From assembly GCA_029259175.1 (NCBI GenBank), contig JAPDJH010000009.1, positions 1 through 64,000 on the forward strand: a stretch of DNA of 64,000 nucleotides, given 5' to 3'. Made by a program: the position numbers and the translations under genes. Source of the stretch: Hadesarchaea archaeon (GTDB taxonomy: Archaea; Hadarchaeota; Hadarchaeia; Hadarchaeales; Hadarchaeaceae). This document shows, in pieces, positions 50,336-60,069 of the stretch (position 1 is the stretch's first letter; each line of letters starts with the position of its first letter). The notes below the pieces were generated by a model. It had not been told where the DNA came from, did no database searches, and worked only from the letters and a program-made list of their open reading frames with translations.

Positions 50336-51607
50336 ATGCTCCTAAAGCTTTTTCGAAAAGGTGAGCAGAAGCCAAAAGTCAAGGCAATCAATTTCAAGGA
50401 TGTGGGAAAGGAAGTCGAAAAAAGAAAAACCGAACAGCTGGAGAAATTCAAAAATTTCGCGAAAGAACCTCTTCGAAAGCTCCAACATCAAAGAGCCGAA
50501 ATTTTGAAAGTCCTGAAACAGTTGAAAGAGAGCGAAGTAAGCGAGGAAATCCACCCGGGTTTGTATAGGGCAAGCATCGAAGCCAGACGTCTGTTGGTAG
50601 AAAAAACGACACGAGTGCTTGAGGAGGTCAAGATAGGAGAACTAAAAGCCCTGGACGATATTACCACGCTCAAAGAACGGCTTGAAAGAATTTCGACACA
50701 AACAGCGCATGCGATTCTCGCTCACGGGAAAAGACCATCTATTGTTTTCGGACGAGAAATGCGCGCTCTCAAAACAGCAATTATCGAGTTTCAGCAAACG
50801 GTGAACGAAATCACCAAAAAAATTGAGGAAATGAGTCCAGTGATCGAACAACTAAATCTCTTGAAAGCCAAAACAGAGAGCTATCAGCAACTAAAGATCG
50901 AGATGATAGAAAGAGAAAAACAACTGGCAACCCTGCGAAATCGCAAAAAAGAACTGGAGGCTGAAGCGGAGAAAAAACAGAAAGAAGCGGAAATCTTTGC
51001 TCGTAGCCCGCACTATCGGGAGGCCGAAGAACTAGCGAAAAAAATCAGGGAGGTTGAAGCGGAGATCGCCCGTATTCAACATGAATTTGAAACACGAGTA
51101 CATACCGTAAATCGGCTGTTACGCAAGATACGGAAAGTCGTGGAAAAAGAACTCTCGCGAGAAAGGCGCCTTCTGATAAGTGTTCTGATTCACGAACCCG
51201 CCAGCGTTTTGGACACCGAAGAAAAGGCTCGTGCGGCTCAATCCTTGTTAGAAGTCGTTTTAACAGTTGCAGAGAGCGAGCAAATCGAAAAGGACAAGAA
51301 GAAACAGGAAAAAATGATGGCCGAACTTCGAAGGCTTATATCCGAAAAAACAATTGAAAGCACATTTAATAGAATAAGATCGCTCCAAAGCGAAAAAGAA
51401 AAGCTGTTGGCTCGGTGGGAAAAGGAACCAGAACTCGAATATGCACGAATTAAGTCTGCGGCCAGAGAATTGGAAGAACAAACAAAGCAAATAGAAAAAG
51501 AAATCCAGCTGATGGAATCCATGTCTCACGGGGGAAAAGTCAACCAGCTACAAGAAGAAATCAAGCAAATCGGAAAAGAACTGGGAATGGAGATCACTTT
51601 TTCTTGA
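50336..51607 (+). CDS. Long coiled-coil hypothetical protein
   Basis: E/K/Q-rich heptads, no catalytic motif seen. Confidence 0.75.
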   Translation: MLLKLFRKGEQKPKVKAINFKDVGKEVEKRKTEQLEKFKNFAKEPLRKLQHQRAEILKVLKQLKESEVSEEIHPGLYRASIEARRLLVEKTTRVLEEVKIGELKALDDITTLKERLERISTQTAHAILAHGKRPSIVFGREMRALKTAIIEFQQTVNEITKKIEEMSPVIEQLNLLKAKTESYQQLKIEMIEREKQLATLRNRKKELEAEAEKKQKEAEIFARSPHYREAEELAKKIREVEAEIARIQHEFETRVHTVNRLLRKIRKVVEKELSRERRLLISVLIHEPASVLDTEEKARAAQSLLEVVLTVAESEQIEKDKKKQEKMMAELRRLISEKTIESTFNRIRSLQSEKEKLLARWEKEPELEYARIKSAARELEEQTKQIEKEIQLMESMSHGGKVNQLQEEIKQIGKELGMEITFS

Positions 51608-51770
51608 ACTCGGTATATCCGCATCGTCCGCATGCCAGACGATTCCCATGATCGGCCAAAAAAACTCCATCTCCACATCTCGGGCATCGCTGACGCAAGC
51701 GTTTCAGCTTTCCGTCCTTAACCTCATACAGTTTGGCCTTGCGCGCCTCTGGCGATTTTTTCTCGGCTAT
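51594..51770 (-). CDS. rps27ae: 30S ribosomal protein S27Ae (apparent ATA start; absent from the ORF track)
   Basis: [46 protein letters not shown]; follows rps24e. Confidence 0.93.
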   Translation of the reverse strand: MAEKKSPEARKAKLYEVKDGKLKRLRQRCPRCGDGVFLADHGNRLACGRCGYTEFKKK

Positions 51771-52174
51771 GGTTCTCCCTCCTTCTTTTCTTCCTCAGGT
51801 GGTTTCTGCTCTTCCTCCTTCTTTTCTTCTTCGGATGGTTTCTGCTCGGCTTGTTGAGGTGGCTTTTCTTCGACCTGCTGCTCACCACCTTCTTTGAGCA
51901 AACCCATCCGCTTCAATAAATATGGGGGCTCGAGTGAACGCATTTGATCCTCGTTCTGATAAACGCGCGCAATCCCCGATGACTCCGCCTTACCATGCAG
52001 ACTGGCTATCTTCTCAATCACTATCAAGTCGGGAGTGGCTTGGAGTAAAGAAGCAAGCTGATCCCGAACTTCGAGACGTTTGGGAGTTGGGGCACTTGGA
52101 TGAGATATCCTGAAATTGACCTCCAATCTGCCCAGCACTGGATTCTCCTTTTTCTCCACAATCTGGAGCTCCAT
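51767..52174 (-). CDS. rps24e: 30S ribosomal protein S24e
   Basis: [22 protein letters not shown]; EEKK-rich tail. Confidence 0.93.
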   Translation of the reverse strand: MELQIVEKKENPVLGRLEVNFRISHPSAPTPKRLEVRDQLASLLQATPDLIVIEKIASLHGKAESSGIARVYQNEDQMRSLEPPYLLKRMGLLKEGGEQQVEEKPPQQAEQKPSEEEKKEEEQKPPEEEKKEGEP

Positions 52175-52213
52175 ACGAACCCCATATCATACGGGACTGG
52201 CTTAAAAAAGTAG

Positions 52214-52558
52214 TTACCGAATCTTGCCAGCCACATTTCTGGCGAGAGCTGTCGCGATAAGAATGACTATAACCATCACCGTAGCCAGAACAGCGACGGG
52301 CAGCACAGGACTGGAAAATTCGGAAACCGAATAACTAATCAGCAACAGAACAAAAGCCAGCAGATGTAACATTCCGAAGGTTTGAGGATAAAGAGGAAGT
52401 ACAAGCACAGCCGTGACGGAGGAAATCACAGCCATAAAGGCTGAAAGCAAGCCAAGCACGATCTGCCAAGGGGACTCGTACGGAGATGCCTGGGCCGCGA
52501 CCGGAGATGCCAGAACCAACAGCAAAAAAACAGCAACTAAGCATGTTCCCCTTTTCAT
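52214..52558 (-). CDS. Small membrane protein
   Basis: Signal peptide plus about 3 TM helices. Confidence 0.6.
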   Translation of the reverse strand: MKRGTCLVAVFLLLVLASPVAAQASPYESPWQIVLGLLSAFMAVISSVTAVLVLPLYPQTFGMLHLLAFVLLLISYSVSEFSSPVLPVAVLATVMVIVILIATALARNVAGKIR

Positions 52559-53055
52559 TCACTCACCTTTTCAAACTGCTTGAAAAACTCCATAAATTTT
52601 TGTTTTGATTGTTCAGACACTCTCACAATTACCATTCCCTCGCGAGGCTGTCCGTAAACGATCACCGCGCCGACCGGTGTTTGCTGAACAGCCGGGATAA
52701 CCGCCAAGTCCTCCTCTCCCTCGACCACTATCTTCAAAGGTCTTTCTGGACGGGTAAAAGCCTCAAAAAGTTCGTTGGTAAGAGTGCCCGCGGGATTTCT
52801 GACTCGAACCTCTGGTGCTTGCCATTTCTGGACAATAGCTTTCACCTCCGGAGAGGAACGATCACGCATTACCTTGAAATCGACAACTGCGATATCCGGG
52901 GGCACTCCCTCCCGAATAAAATGAGCGGTCACCACATCGCCGATAGTTATCAGGACCACGGGGCGCCGAGTTCTAAGCCATTCTGGAATTTCAGAAACAA
53001 GTTCACCCAGCGGCCGTCCGAGCACCGGTCGAAGACGGTCGGGAAGACGCCACAT
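52555..53055 (-). CDS. GTP-dependent dephospho-CoA kinase (DUF359)
   Basis: IGDVVT, NPAGTL, GEEDL, YGQP.EG. Confidence 0.92.
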   Translation of the reverse strand: MWRLPDRLRPVLGRPLGELVSEIPEWLRTRRPVVLITIGDVVTAHFIREGVPPDIAVVDFKVMRDRSSPEVKAIVQKWQAPEVRVRNPAGTLTNELFEAFTRPERPLKIVVEGEEDLAVIPAVQQTPVGAVIVYGQPREGMVIVRVSEQSKQKFMEFFKQFEKVSE

Positions 53056-53078
53056 GTGCTCAACAACCGCTTTTACAG

Positions 53079-55937
53079 GTGGAAGAAAAAGGTTTGGGTG
53101 TGAGCGAGGTTCTGGATCTGCTGCCCCCGGTCATCAGAAAAATTGCAGAAAAGCAAGGAATCAAAGAACCGACGCCGCCGCAAGAACTTGCCATCCCGCC
53201 GATTCTCGAAGGGAAACACGTGCTGGTAATCGCCCCAACGGGGAGTGGCAAAACTGAAGCAGCGATGCTTCCCATTCTGAGCAGGCTCATCGAGGAAAAG
53301 GATAGACCGGGGATCAAGGCAGTATATGTGGCGCCTCTAAGAGCGCTCAACAGAGACATGCTACGACGTTTCGAAAGGTGGGCTGAGGAACTCGACATCT
53401 CGGTTACTGTCCGGCACGGGGACACCACTCTCGCTGAGAGAAGAAAACAATCCAAGCAGCCCCCAGACATGCTTATCACTACTCCAGAAACTCTGCAAGC
53501 AATCCTCCCCGGAAAAAACTTTAGGAAACACCTAAGCGCCGTGCGATGGGTGGTAGTGGACGAAGTGCACGAATTGTATGGGGACAAGAGGGGGGCTCAA
53601 CTCTCAATTGGTCTGGAACGCTTGGTCGAGTTGGCCGGTGAATTCCAGCGGATTGGCCTTTCAGCCACTGTTGGCGAACCCAGGCGGGTTGGCAAGTTCT
53701 TGGTTGGAGCCCATCGCGAAGTGGTGATCGTTAATGCCACACACGAAAAAGAAATGGAAATTGTAGTCGAGACACCGAGTGTTACTCCGCTAGACACTGA
53801 GCTAACCGAGAAGCTTGGTGTGGACCCACTAACAGCTGCACGCATTCGCAGAGTGAAAGAGATAATCCAACAACATCCCGGATGTCTCGTATTCGTCAAC
53901 ACCCGAGAGACGGCCGAGTTCTTAGGCTCCAAGCTCCGGTTGCTGGAGATTCCCATCAGCGTGCATCATGGGTCGCTCGCACGAGAAACGAGGCTCGCCG
54001 GAGAACAAAAGTTCAAAGAGGGAGAGCTAGAAGCGCTTGTATGCACTTCCTCTATGGAATTGGGACTAGATATCGGGCGCGTCTCGCTGGTGATCCAGTA
54101 TTCGTCGCCGAGACAGGCCGTGAGAGCAATCCAGCGAATTGGACGGGCTGGACACAAAACTTGGAGGGTTTCCAGAGGAATCATACTAGCCACTAGTCCC
54201 GAAGATGCGCTCGAATCAGCTGTCATAGGGCGCCGAGCAAAAAACGCGTTATTAGAAGCGGAAAAAGCGCACGAACAGGCTTTGGATGTGTTGGCTCACC
54301 AAATTGTTGGAATCGTGTTGGACAAAGGGGAAACACAAAGGGAAGAGATACTCAGCATAGTTCAGCGGAGCGCGTTTTATGAAGGAATGAGTGAGCGTAG
54401 GTTCGAGAGAGTGTTGGGACAGTTAGAATCCCAAAGACTCATAACAAACGCTGGAGAAAAAATCAAAGCTCGGAGAAAAGGATTCGAATACTATTATACC
54501 AACCTTTCGATGATCCCAGATACCGTTCGATACCAGATAAGAGAACTCGCGAGCAGGCGAAAGATTGGTCACCTTGACGAAGAATTCGTGAAAGCCAACC
54601 TCTATCCCCAGACCACATTTGTGTGTAGTGGAGAAACTTGGAAAGTCCTAGAAATCAACGACGAGAAAAAAGTAGTACTCGTGGAAAAACATGACGACCC
54701 TACGGGGGCAATTCCTGCATGGGAGGGAGAGCTGATCCCTGTGAGTGAGCAAACAGCTAAAGATGTGGCGCGTTGGAGAAAAAACATTGAAACCCTTCTA
54801 CGAGGCGGAAAAACCAAAGAGGAAGTAGTCCAGAGAATCAGAGCTGAGCTACCACTGGCCCAAGAAGCGGCCGAGTGGATAGTGGACGAAATCGCGGAGC
54901 TCTTGAATGACCGATTCCCAGTTCCAACAGACAAACGTGTGGTGCTCGAAACAGTGGGGAATTATGTTGTGATCCACGTGCCCGGAGGAACAGTAATCAA
55001 CAGAACGCTGGGGTGGGTTCTCGGAGAATTGCTCACGGCTCGCATCGGATCTAGCGTGCGTGTGAAGACGGATTCATACCGCATAGCTCTCGGCTTTCCT
55101 GCCAGTGGTCAGCCGTCTTTGGTTCGGGAATTGTTGCAACAGCTAGATAAAACACACATCCAAACAGTCAGCGAGCTGACCATCAAAAAAAGTGCTGCGT
55201 TCAGATGGAGACTCCTGCAGGTAGCTAAACGCTTTGGAACAATTCGGAAAGATGCCGATCTCTCCTCTGTCCCTATTCACAAACTAATAGACTCGCTCGC
55301 TGAGACACCCGTGTTTGAGGAGACCTATCGGGAAATGATGACGGATCGGCTGGATTTCGAAGGCACAGCGAACATGTTGAATGAAATAAAGAAGGCTGAA
55401 GTAGTTGAAGTATTTCGTGGAGAGCCCTCCATTTTGGCTTGGTATTTGCTCAACCAACTAAGCGGAGGAGAAGTTATAATTCCAAAGCGGGCGGAACGAG
55501 AGATTCTGGCCATGGTAAAACACCGGTTAGAGAACAGTATGATTACGCTAGTCTGCTTGAACTGCCTGAAGTGGAAGCAAACTACCCGGATTAAAAGGGT
55601 GGATGAAAAACCGCGGTGCAAGAACTGTGGAGCCCGACTACTTGCGATCGTTCCCCGTGGAGAAAGACACGTGATAGGATTGCTAAAAAAGCGCCGGGAG
55701 GGAGCAAGCCTAAGCAGGACTGAAATGGAGGTGGTAAAACGAGCAGAACGGACGGCTTCGCTGGTACTCACTCATGGACGGAAAGCCCTAATCGCTCTCG
55801 CTGGCAGAGGGATAGGATGGAAAACCGCCAGCAGAATTCTCGCTAAAAGCTATAAAACAGAAGATGATTTTTACAAAGAAATCCTGCGTGCAGAACGCAC
55901 ATATGCCAGAACTCGCAGATTTTGGGATCACAAATAA
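53079..55937 (+). CDS. lhr: Lhr-family SF2 helicase with C-terminal Zn motif
   Basis: APTGSGKT, TTPETL, DEVHE, HHGSL, QRIGRAGH, IPAWEGE, CxxC..CxxC. Confidence 0.92.
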   Translation: MEEKGLGVSEVLDLLPPVIRKIAEKQGIKEPTPPQELAIPPILEGKHVLVIAPTGSGKTEAAMLPILSRLIEEKDRPGIKAVYVAPLRALNRDMLRRFERWAEELDISVTVRHGDTTLAERRKQSKQPPDMLITTPETLQAILPGKNFRKHLSAVRWVVVDEVHELYGDKRGAQLSIGLERLVELAGEFQRIGLSATVGEPRRVGKFLVGAHREVVIVNATHEKEMEIVVETPSVTPLDTELTEKLGVDPLTAARIRRVKEIIQQHPGCLVFVNTRETAEFLGSKLRLLEIPISVHHGSLARETRLAGEQKFKEGELEALVCTSSMELGLDIGRVSLVIQYSSPRQAVRAIQRIGRAGHKTWRVSRGIILATSPEDALESAVIGRRAKNALLEAEKAHEQALDVLAHQIVGIVLDKGETQREEILSIVQRSAFYEGMSERRFERVLGQLESQRLITNAGEKIKARRKGFEYYYTNLSMIPDTVRYQIRELASRRKIGHLDEEFVKANLYPQTTFVCSGETWKVLEINDEKKVVLVEKHDDPTGAIPAWEGELIPVSEQTAKDVARWRKNIETLLRGGKTKEEVVQRIRAELPLAQEAAEWIVDEIAELLNDRFPVPTDKRVVLETVGNYVVIHVPGGTVINRTLGWVLGELLTARIGSSVRVKTDSYRIALGFPASGQPSLVRELLQQLDKTHIQTVSELTIKKSAAFRWRLLQVAKRFGTIRKDADLSSVPIHKLIDSLAETPVFEETYREMMTDRLDFEGTANMLNEIKKAEVVEVFRGEPSILAWYLLNQLSGGEVIIPKRAEREILAMVKHRLENSMITLVCLNCLKWKQTTRIKRVDEKPRCKNCGARLLAIVPRGERHVIGLLKKRREGASLSRTEMEVVKRAERTASLVLTHGRKALIALAGRGIGWKTASRILAKSYKTEDDFYKEILRAERTYARTRRFWDHK

Positions 55938-55983
55938 TGAAGTTCTTATTATGGCATAACGCATTAATGGAGGAGGGAGATTC

Positions 55984-57243
55984 GTGGCGCGAGAGAAAAC
56001 CATTCACGACCCTGTTCACGGAAGTATGCGACTCGGAGGAATCGTGCTCGATCTAATCGACACTGTGGAAGTGCAGCGCCTTCGTGGGATAAAACAACTG
56101 GGGCTCGCAAATGTTGCCTTTCCCGGAGCAAATCATTCCAGGTTCGAGCACGCCTTGGGTGTTGCTTACGTTGGGGGCCGCGTTGCCCAGGAGCTCGGGT
56201 TGGACGAACACGAGCGTAACCTGCTTCAAGCAGCGGCGGTCCTGCACGATGTGGGACACGCCCCATTCTCACACACTCTGGAGCACCTCATGGTCCACAA
56301 GCTGAAAATGGATCACATGGAGCTAACAGGGGAGATAATAGGAGGGAAAATCGATATCGAGAAATGCAGAAATGTCAAAATTCGAGCACCCCGAGTATTC
56401 AAAGTGTTGGAAAAATGGGGAATCGCAGCAGATGAAGTCGCACAACTGTTGATCGGAAAACACAGGCAAAGATATCTAGGAGAGTTGCTACATAGTGAGG
56501 TCGATGTGGATCAGATAGACTATCTTCTTCGGGATTCGCATTACACGGGTGTCGCGCTAGGAATGGTAGACGCAGATAGACTGATTCGAACGCTTGCGAT
56601 CTCTAACGAAAGATTGTGTATTCTGGAGAAGGGTGTTGAAGCCGTTGAAGGAATGCTCACTGCCCGCGGGCTGATGTACAGTTCTGTATACTATCATCAC
56701 ACAGTACGATCGGCAGAAGTGATGATGAGTAACGCCGTGGACTGGGCGCTCGACCACGACACAGACGGGAGGTTGGAAAATCTATTTTTGATGAACGATT
56801 CGCAGCTGGTGGAGGCTTTATGGGAAATAGGAGGATATGCTGCCCAAATGATGGCTCGGATCGAGTACCGGCGGCTATTCAAGACCGCCTACATGGAGCC
56901 ACGTAGAGAGCTAACTGCGGGAGAAAAAAGAGAATACTTAAAACGGTTTGGAGAATTCTCCAAGATAAAAGAGATCCAAGCCGAGATTGCTGATAAAGCA
57001 AAAGTAGATTTTGGAACTGTGCTCTTAGATGTTCCAGTGGTAGACATTATCACTTCGGAGCCGCGAATCCAGAAAGTAGAAATGCCCGTGCTCTCAGAGG
57101 GCAAACTGAAAAAACTAACAGAAGTCTCATTGATTGCCGAAGCACTAAAACGCAGACAAGCGCCGCGTTATCTGGTTCGGGTACTAACGGAACCAAAGCT
57201 TGTATCTCGCGTAAAAAAAGCTGCAACTAAAATTCTGGGTTAA
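55984..57243 (+). CDS. HD-domain phosphohydrolase (COG1078/SAMHD1-like)
   Basis: QRLRGIKQLG, HSRFEHALG, LHDVGHAPFSH, DYLLRDS. Confidence 0.92.
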   Translation: MAREKTIHDPVHGSMRLGGIVLDLIDTVEVQRLRGIKQLGLANVAFPGANHSRFEHALGVAYVGGRVAQELGLDEHERNLLQAAAVLHDVGHAPFSHTLEHLMVHKLKMDHMELTGEIIGGKIDIEKCRNVKIRAPRVFKVLEKWGIAADEVAQLLIGKHRQRYLGELLHSEVDVDQIDYLLRDSHYTGVALGMVDADRLIRTLAISNERLCILEKGVEAVEGMLTARGLMYSSVYYHHTVRSAEVMMSNAVDWALDHDTDGRLENLFLMNDSQLVEALWEIGGYAAQMMARIEYRRLFKTAYMEPRRELTAGEKREYLKRFGEFSKIKEIQAEIADKAKVDFGTVLLDVPVVDIITSEPRIQKVEMPVLSEGKLKKLTEVSLIAEALKRRQAPRYLVRVLTEPKLVSRVKKAATKILG

Positions 57244-57779
57244 CTTCGGAGGGCGCGCCACCCCAGCTCGGTGGGTTTGAGCGATCCATCCATGTATCCG
57301 AGAATCTGTAAGCGGCGGATTTGTCCTTTAGCAACCGCGAGCGGTACACCGACTTCGGCAGCCGCCCGTTCGATGGTAAGCCCGCGCTCGAGCCCACGCA
57401 TGAGACCGCGGCCCACCTCGCCCACTAAAAACTCATCGGCTATACGCTCCTTCACGGCAGGATCCAGCTTAGCACGGTTCAAAATTTTCCGTAGCAGTCC
57501 GGGTCCCGGTGGCATTCTATATTTTTTGTACAATGTGCGTTCACTGATTTTTGAACCAGCGATCGCACTTCGCAGTGATTCTAGATCTCTAACCAGTTCG
57601 AAGAGTGACGGATGAACTGGCATTGGTGCACCTTCGCTCTGCTGTGCTTGGAGCCTGCGGCGCAACTCACCGAGTTCTTGTTCGAGCTGTCGCTGACGGA
57701 CGATTCCACCACGACCGAAGAGCATGAGGGCCAATAGAGCGATTATCACCAGCATCAGAAATATATCGACCAGCCACAT
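57240..57779 (-). CDS. Membrane-anchored coiled-coil / wHTH protein
   Basis: N-terminal TM, coiled coil, TIERAAAEVGVP..IRRLQILGYMD..PTELG. Confidence 0.7.
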   Translation of the reverse strand: MWLVDIFLMLVIIALLALMLFGRGGIVRQRQLEQELGELRRRLQAQQSEGAPMPVHPSLFELVRDLESLRSAIAGSKISERTLYKKYRMPPGPGLLRKILNRAKLDPAVKERIADEFLVGEVGRGLMRGLERGLTIERAAAEVGVPLAVAKGQIRRLQILGYMDGSLKPTELGWRALRS

Positions 57780-57873
57780 ATCACCGCTCAACCTAACGCG
57801 TTGAAATTTAAAAAGATGCGGGGTGAAAACGGGTAGGTTTTTATAGACCACTGCCCTAACTCTCTCGACCGCT

Positions 57874-58344
57874 ATGCGTGTGGCTGTGCAAGGACTCGGG
57901 ACCGTGCCAACCACTGTGCTCATGGTGCTAGAACAGGAGAAACCCGATGTCTGCTATGTGATATGTTCGGACTATCAGATGAACCACGTGGCAAAAGAAG
58001 CTGGGTTTGAAAAACCAAATCGTGAGCTCATAAAGGAAAAGGCTGAGGAACTGGGAACAAAGATCGAGTTCAAGCTATGTGATGTTTTCAATCCAGTATC
58101 CGTTGGTAATGTCGTTGGTGAGATCCTCAACAAGCTAAACCCAAAAGAGGATGAGGTGGTGGTGAACTACACAGGAGGAACAGCAGTGGTACGACTGCTG
58201 CTGGGGACTATGGGCGTGGTGCTTTCAAGTATAATGAAGGCGAAGGTTGTATACGCGATAAGCTATTCAGAAGGAATGGAGATCTCTGAAGACCACACGG
58301 AAGCTTTGAAAGCGATTTTCGAACGTCTCCGGATCATTAGCTAA
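57874..58344 (+). CDS. Stand-alone CARF-domain protein
   Basis: GLGTVP, PDVCYVICS, CDVFNP, VVVNYTGGT; 156 aa with no effector domain. Confidence 0.8.
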   Translation: MRVAVQGLGTVPTTVLMVLEQEKPDVCYVICSDYQMNHVAKEAGFEKPNRELIKEKAEELGTKIEFKLCDVFNPVSVGNVVGEILNKLNPKEDEVVVNYTGGTAVVRLLLGTMGVVLSSIMKAKVVYAISYSEGMEISEDHTEALKAIFERLRIIS

Positions 58345-58350
58345 CGGTCG

Positions 58351-59598
58351 GTGGCGGTCTTGTTTGTAAAGGAGTTGCGGTGCCTCCGATGCGGTCACCG
58401 GCACCGGCCCGAGGATAAACCGTACGTTTGCGAAAAATGTGGAGGTAAAATCGAAGTTCAGTACGACTATGAGCAAATCAGAATATCTAGAAAAACTCTG
58501 GAAAAAAGAAAAAGGGGTGTCTGGAAATACGTCGAACTCTTACCGGTAAGGAATCCAGATCGTGCTGTCACTTTAGGGGAGGGAGGTACTCCGCTCATCA
58601 AAGCCGCGCGACTCGGGAAAAAACTTGGACTCAAACATCTTTACCTCAAAGACGAAACCCGGAATCCAACGGGATCTTTCAAAGATCGGCTCATGACAGT
58701 TGGTGTGACAAAGGTCTTAGAATTCGGAGCAAAAACGGTAGTTACGGCGTCCAGCGGAAATGCTGCTATTTCTCTCGCCGCATACGCTGCAAAAGCGGGA
58801 CTCGAGTGCTACACCTTTGTGCCCGAACGTGCTCCCGAAAGCAAGCTGGCTCAGATTTCAATACACGGTGCAGTGGTGGTGAAAGTAAAGGAGAAAGAGC
58901 GGGGTGATCCCACGTATGAACTCATGATCGAGTCTTGGAAAAGATTTGGGTGGCATCCGATTCCGAGTGCTGGAGCGTTCAACCCCTACCACTGGGAGGG
59001 TATAAAAACGCTGGCCTATGAGGTGTGTGAAGGTCTAAAATGGAGCTGCCCGGACTGGGTATTTGTGCCCACCGGAGCAGGAACTTTGCTGTCCGGGTGT
59101 GCAAAAGGCTTTTCCGAACTCAAAAGACTCGGCTTGACCAAAAACATGCCACGGATTGTCGCGGTGCAGGCAAAAGGGTGCGCTCCACTGGTACGGGCAT
59201 TTAGGCAAAACATCCCGTATGAGCGGATAGAAACTTGGAGAAAACCAAAAACTGTGGCTGGAGGGCTCATAGATCCGTTCCCGTGGGATGCCGACACGGC
59301 AATCGAAGGGATAAGACGCTCGGGAGGAGATGCCGTAGCGGTGAGCGATAAAGAGATCTTGCAAGCGGAAAAAGAGCTTGCACAAATGGAAGGTGTTTTT
59401 GCCGAGCCTTCGGGTGCCGCAGGGGTGGCAGGGTTGAAGGCGCTTATAGACGAAGGAAAAGTAGACGCCTCGGATACAGTGGTTGTCGAGGTAACGGGAG
59501 GGGGGCTAAAAGATGTGCAAACAGCGCTGGAGATCTCGAAACGGCCTAGAACGATTTCACCGTCCATTAAAGCGCTTTCCAAGCTCATCAAAATCTGA
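58351..59598 (+). CDS. thrC: Threonine synthase
   Basis: N-terminal Zn ribbon, LGEGGTPL, NPTGSFKDR, ASSGN, TGGGLK. Confidence 0.88.
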   Translation: MAVLFVKELRCLRCGHRHRPEDKPYVCEKCGGKIEVQYDYEQIRISRKTLEKRKRGVWKYVELLPVRNPDRAVTLGEGGTPLIKAARLGKKLGLKHLYLKDETRNPTGSFKDRLMTVGVTKVLEFGAKTVVTASSGNAAISLAAYAAKAGLECYTFVPERAPESKLAQISIHGAVVVKVKEKERGDPTYELMIESWKRFGWHPIPSAGAFNPYHWEGIKTLAYEVCEGLKWSCPDWVFVPTGAGTLLSGCAKGFSELKRLGLTKNMPRIVAVQAKGCAPLVRAFRQNIPYERIETWRKPKTVAGGLIDPFPWDADTAIEGIRRSGGDAVAVSDKEILQAEKELAQMEGVFAEPSGAAGVAGLKALIDEGKVDASDTVVVEVTGGGLKDVQTALEISKRPRTISPSIKALSKLIKI

Positions 59599-59613
59599 GC
59601 GTTCGGGGAAAGC

Positions 59614-60045
59614 ATGAATCGAAACATATACAGATTGCTAGCGCTGTTTGGGAGTATGTTGGCTTTGGTGGGCTTTTTCCAAGAGTGGATCACCATTAAA
59701 GCGTTCGGACAGACCATTAGTTACTCCGGATGGTCGGCTATACAGAATGGGGCTCTTACCCCCTATTTCGAACTGCTAGGGGCGTTTTTTGGATTGCTGG
59801 CCGCCTTCTTATTGCTGGTGCGGCCGAGGCCTTATCTTAGGCTCTTGTTAATGATCACCGGAATGTTTGTGCTCATAGGGGTGGGTCTGGGAACTGCCGC
59901 ATTGGAGTTAGAGCAAGCATTCGAATTTGAAAGCTTTGGAATTCTCGTAGGATGGGGATGGGGAAGCATCCTAACCATGGTGGGAGGAGTGATGCTTCTG
60001 ATATCCTCTCTGGGTGTAGAACACATAGCAACTGCGTACTACTAA
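59614..60045 (+). CDS. Four-TM membrane protein
   Basis: Hydrophobic; F.W..SYSGW and G.GWG patterns. Confidence 0.7.
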   Translation: MNRNIYRLLALFGSMLALVGFFQEWITIKAFGQTISYSGWSAIQNGALTPYFELLGAFFGLLAAFLLLVRPRPYLRLLLMITGMFVLIGVGLGTAALELEQAFEFESFGILVGWGWGSILTMVGGVMLLISSLGVEHIATAYY

Positions 60046-60069
60046 AAAAAGGGAAAACTCTGGCCGGGG

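Noticed and set aside
51780-51890. EQKP.EEEKK repeats in the rps24e tail
   Set aside because: Ordinary low-complexity ribosomal protein extension
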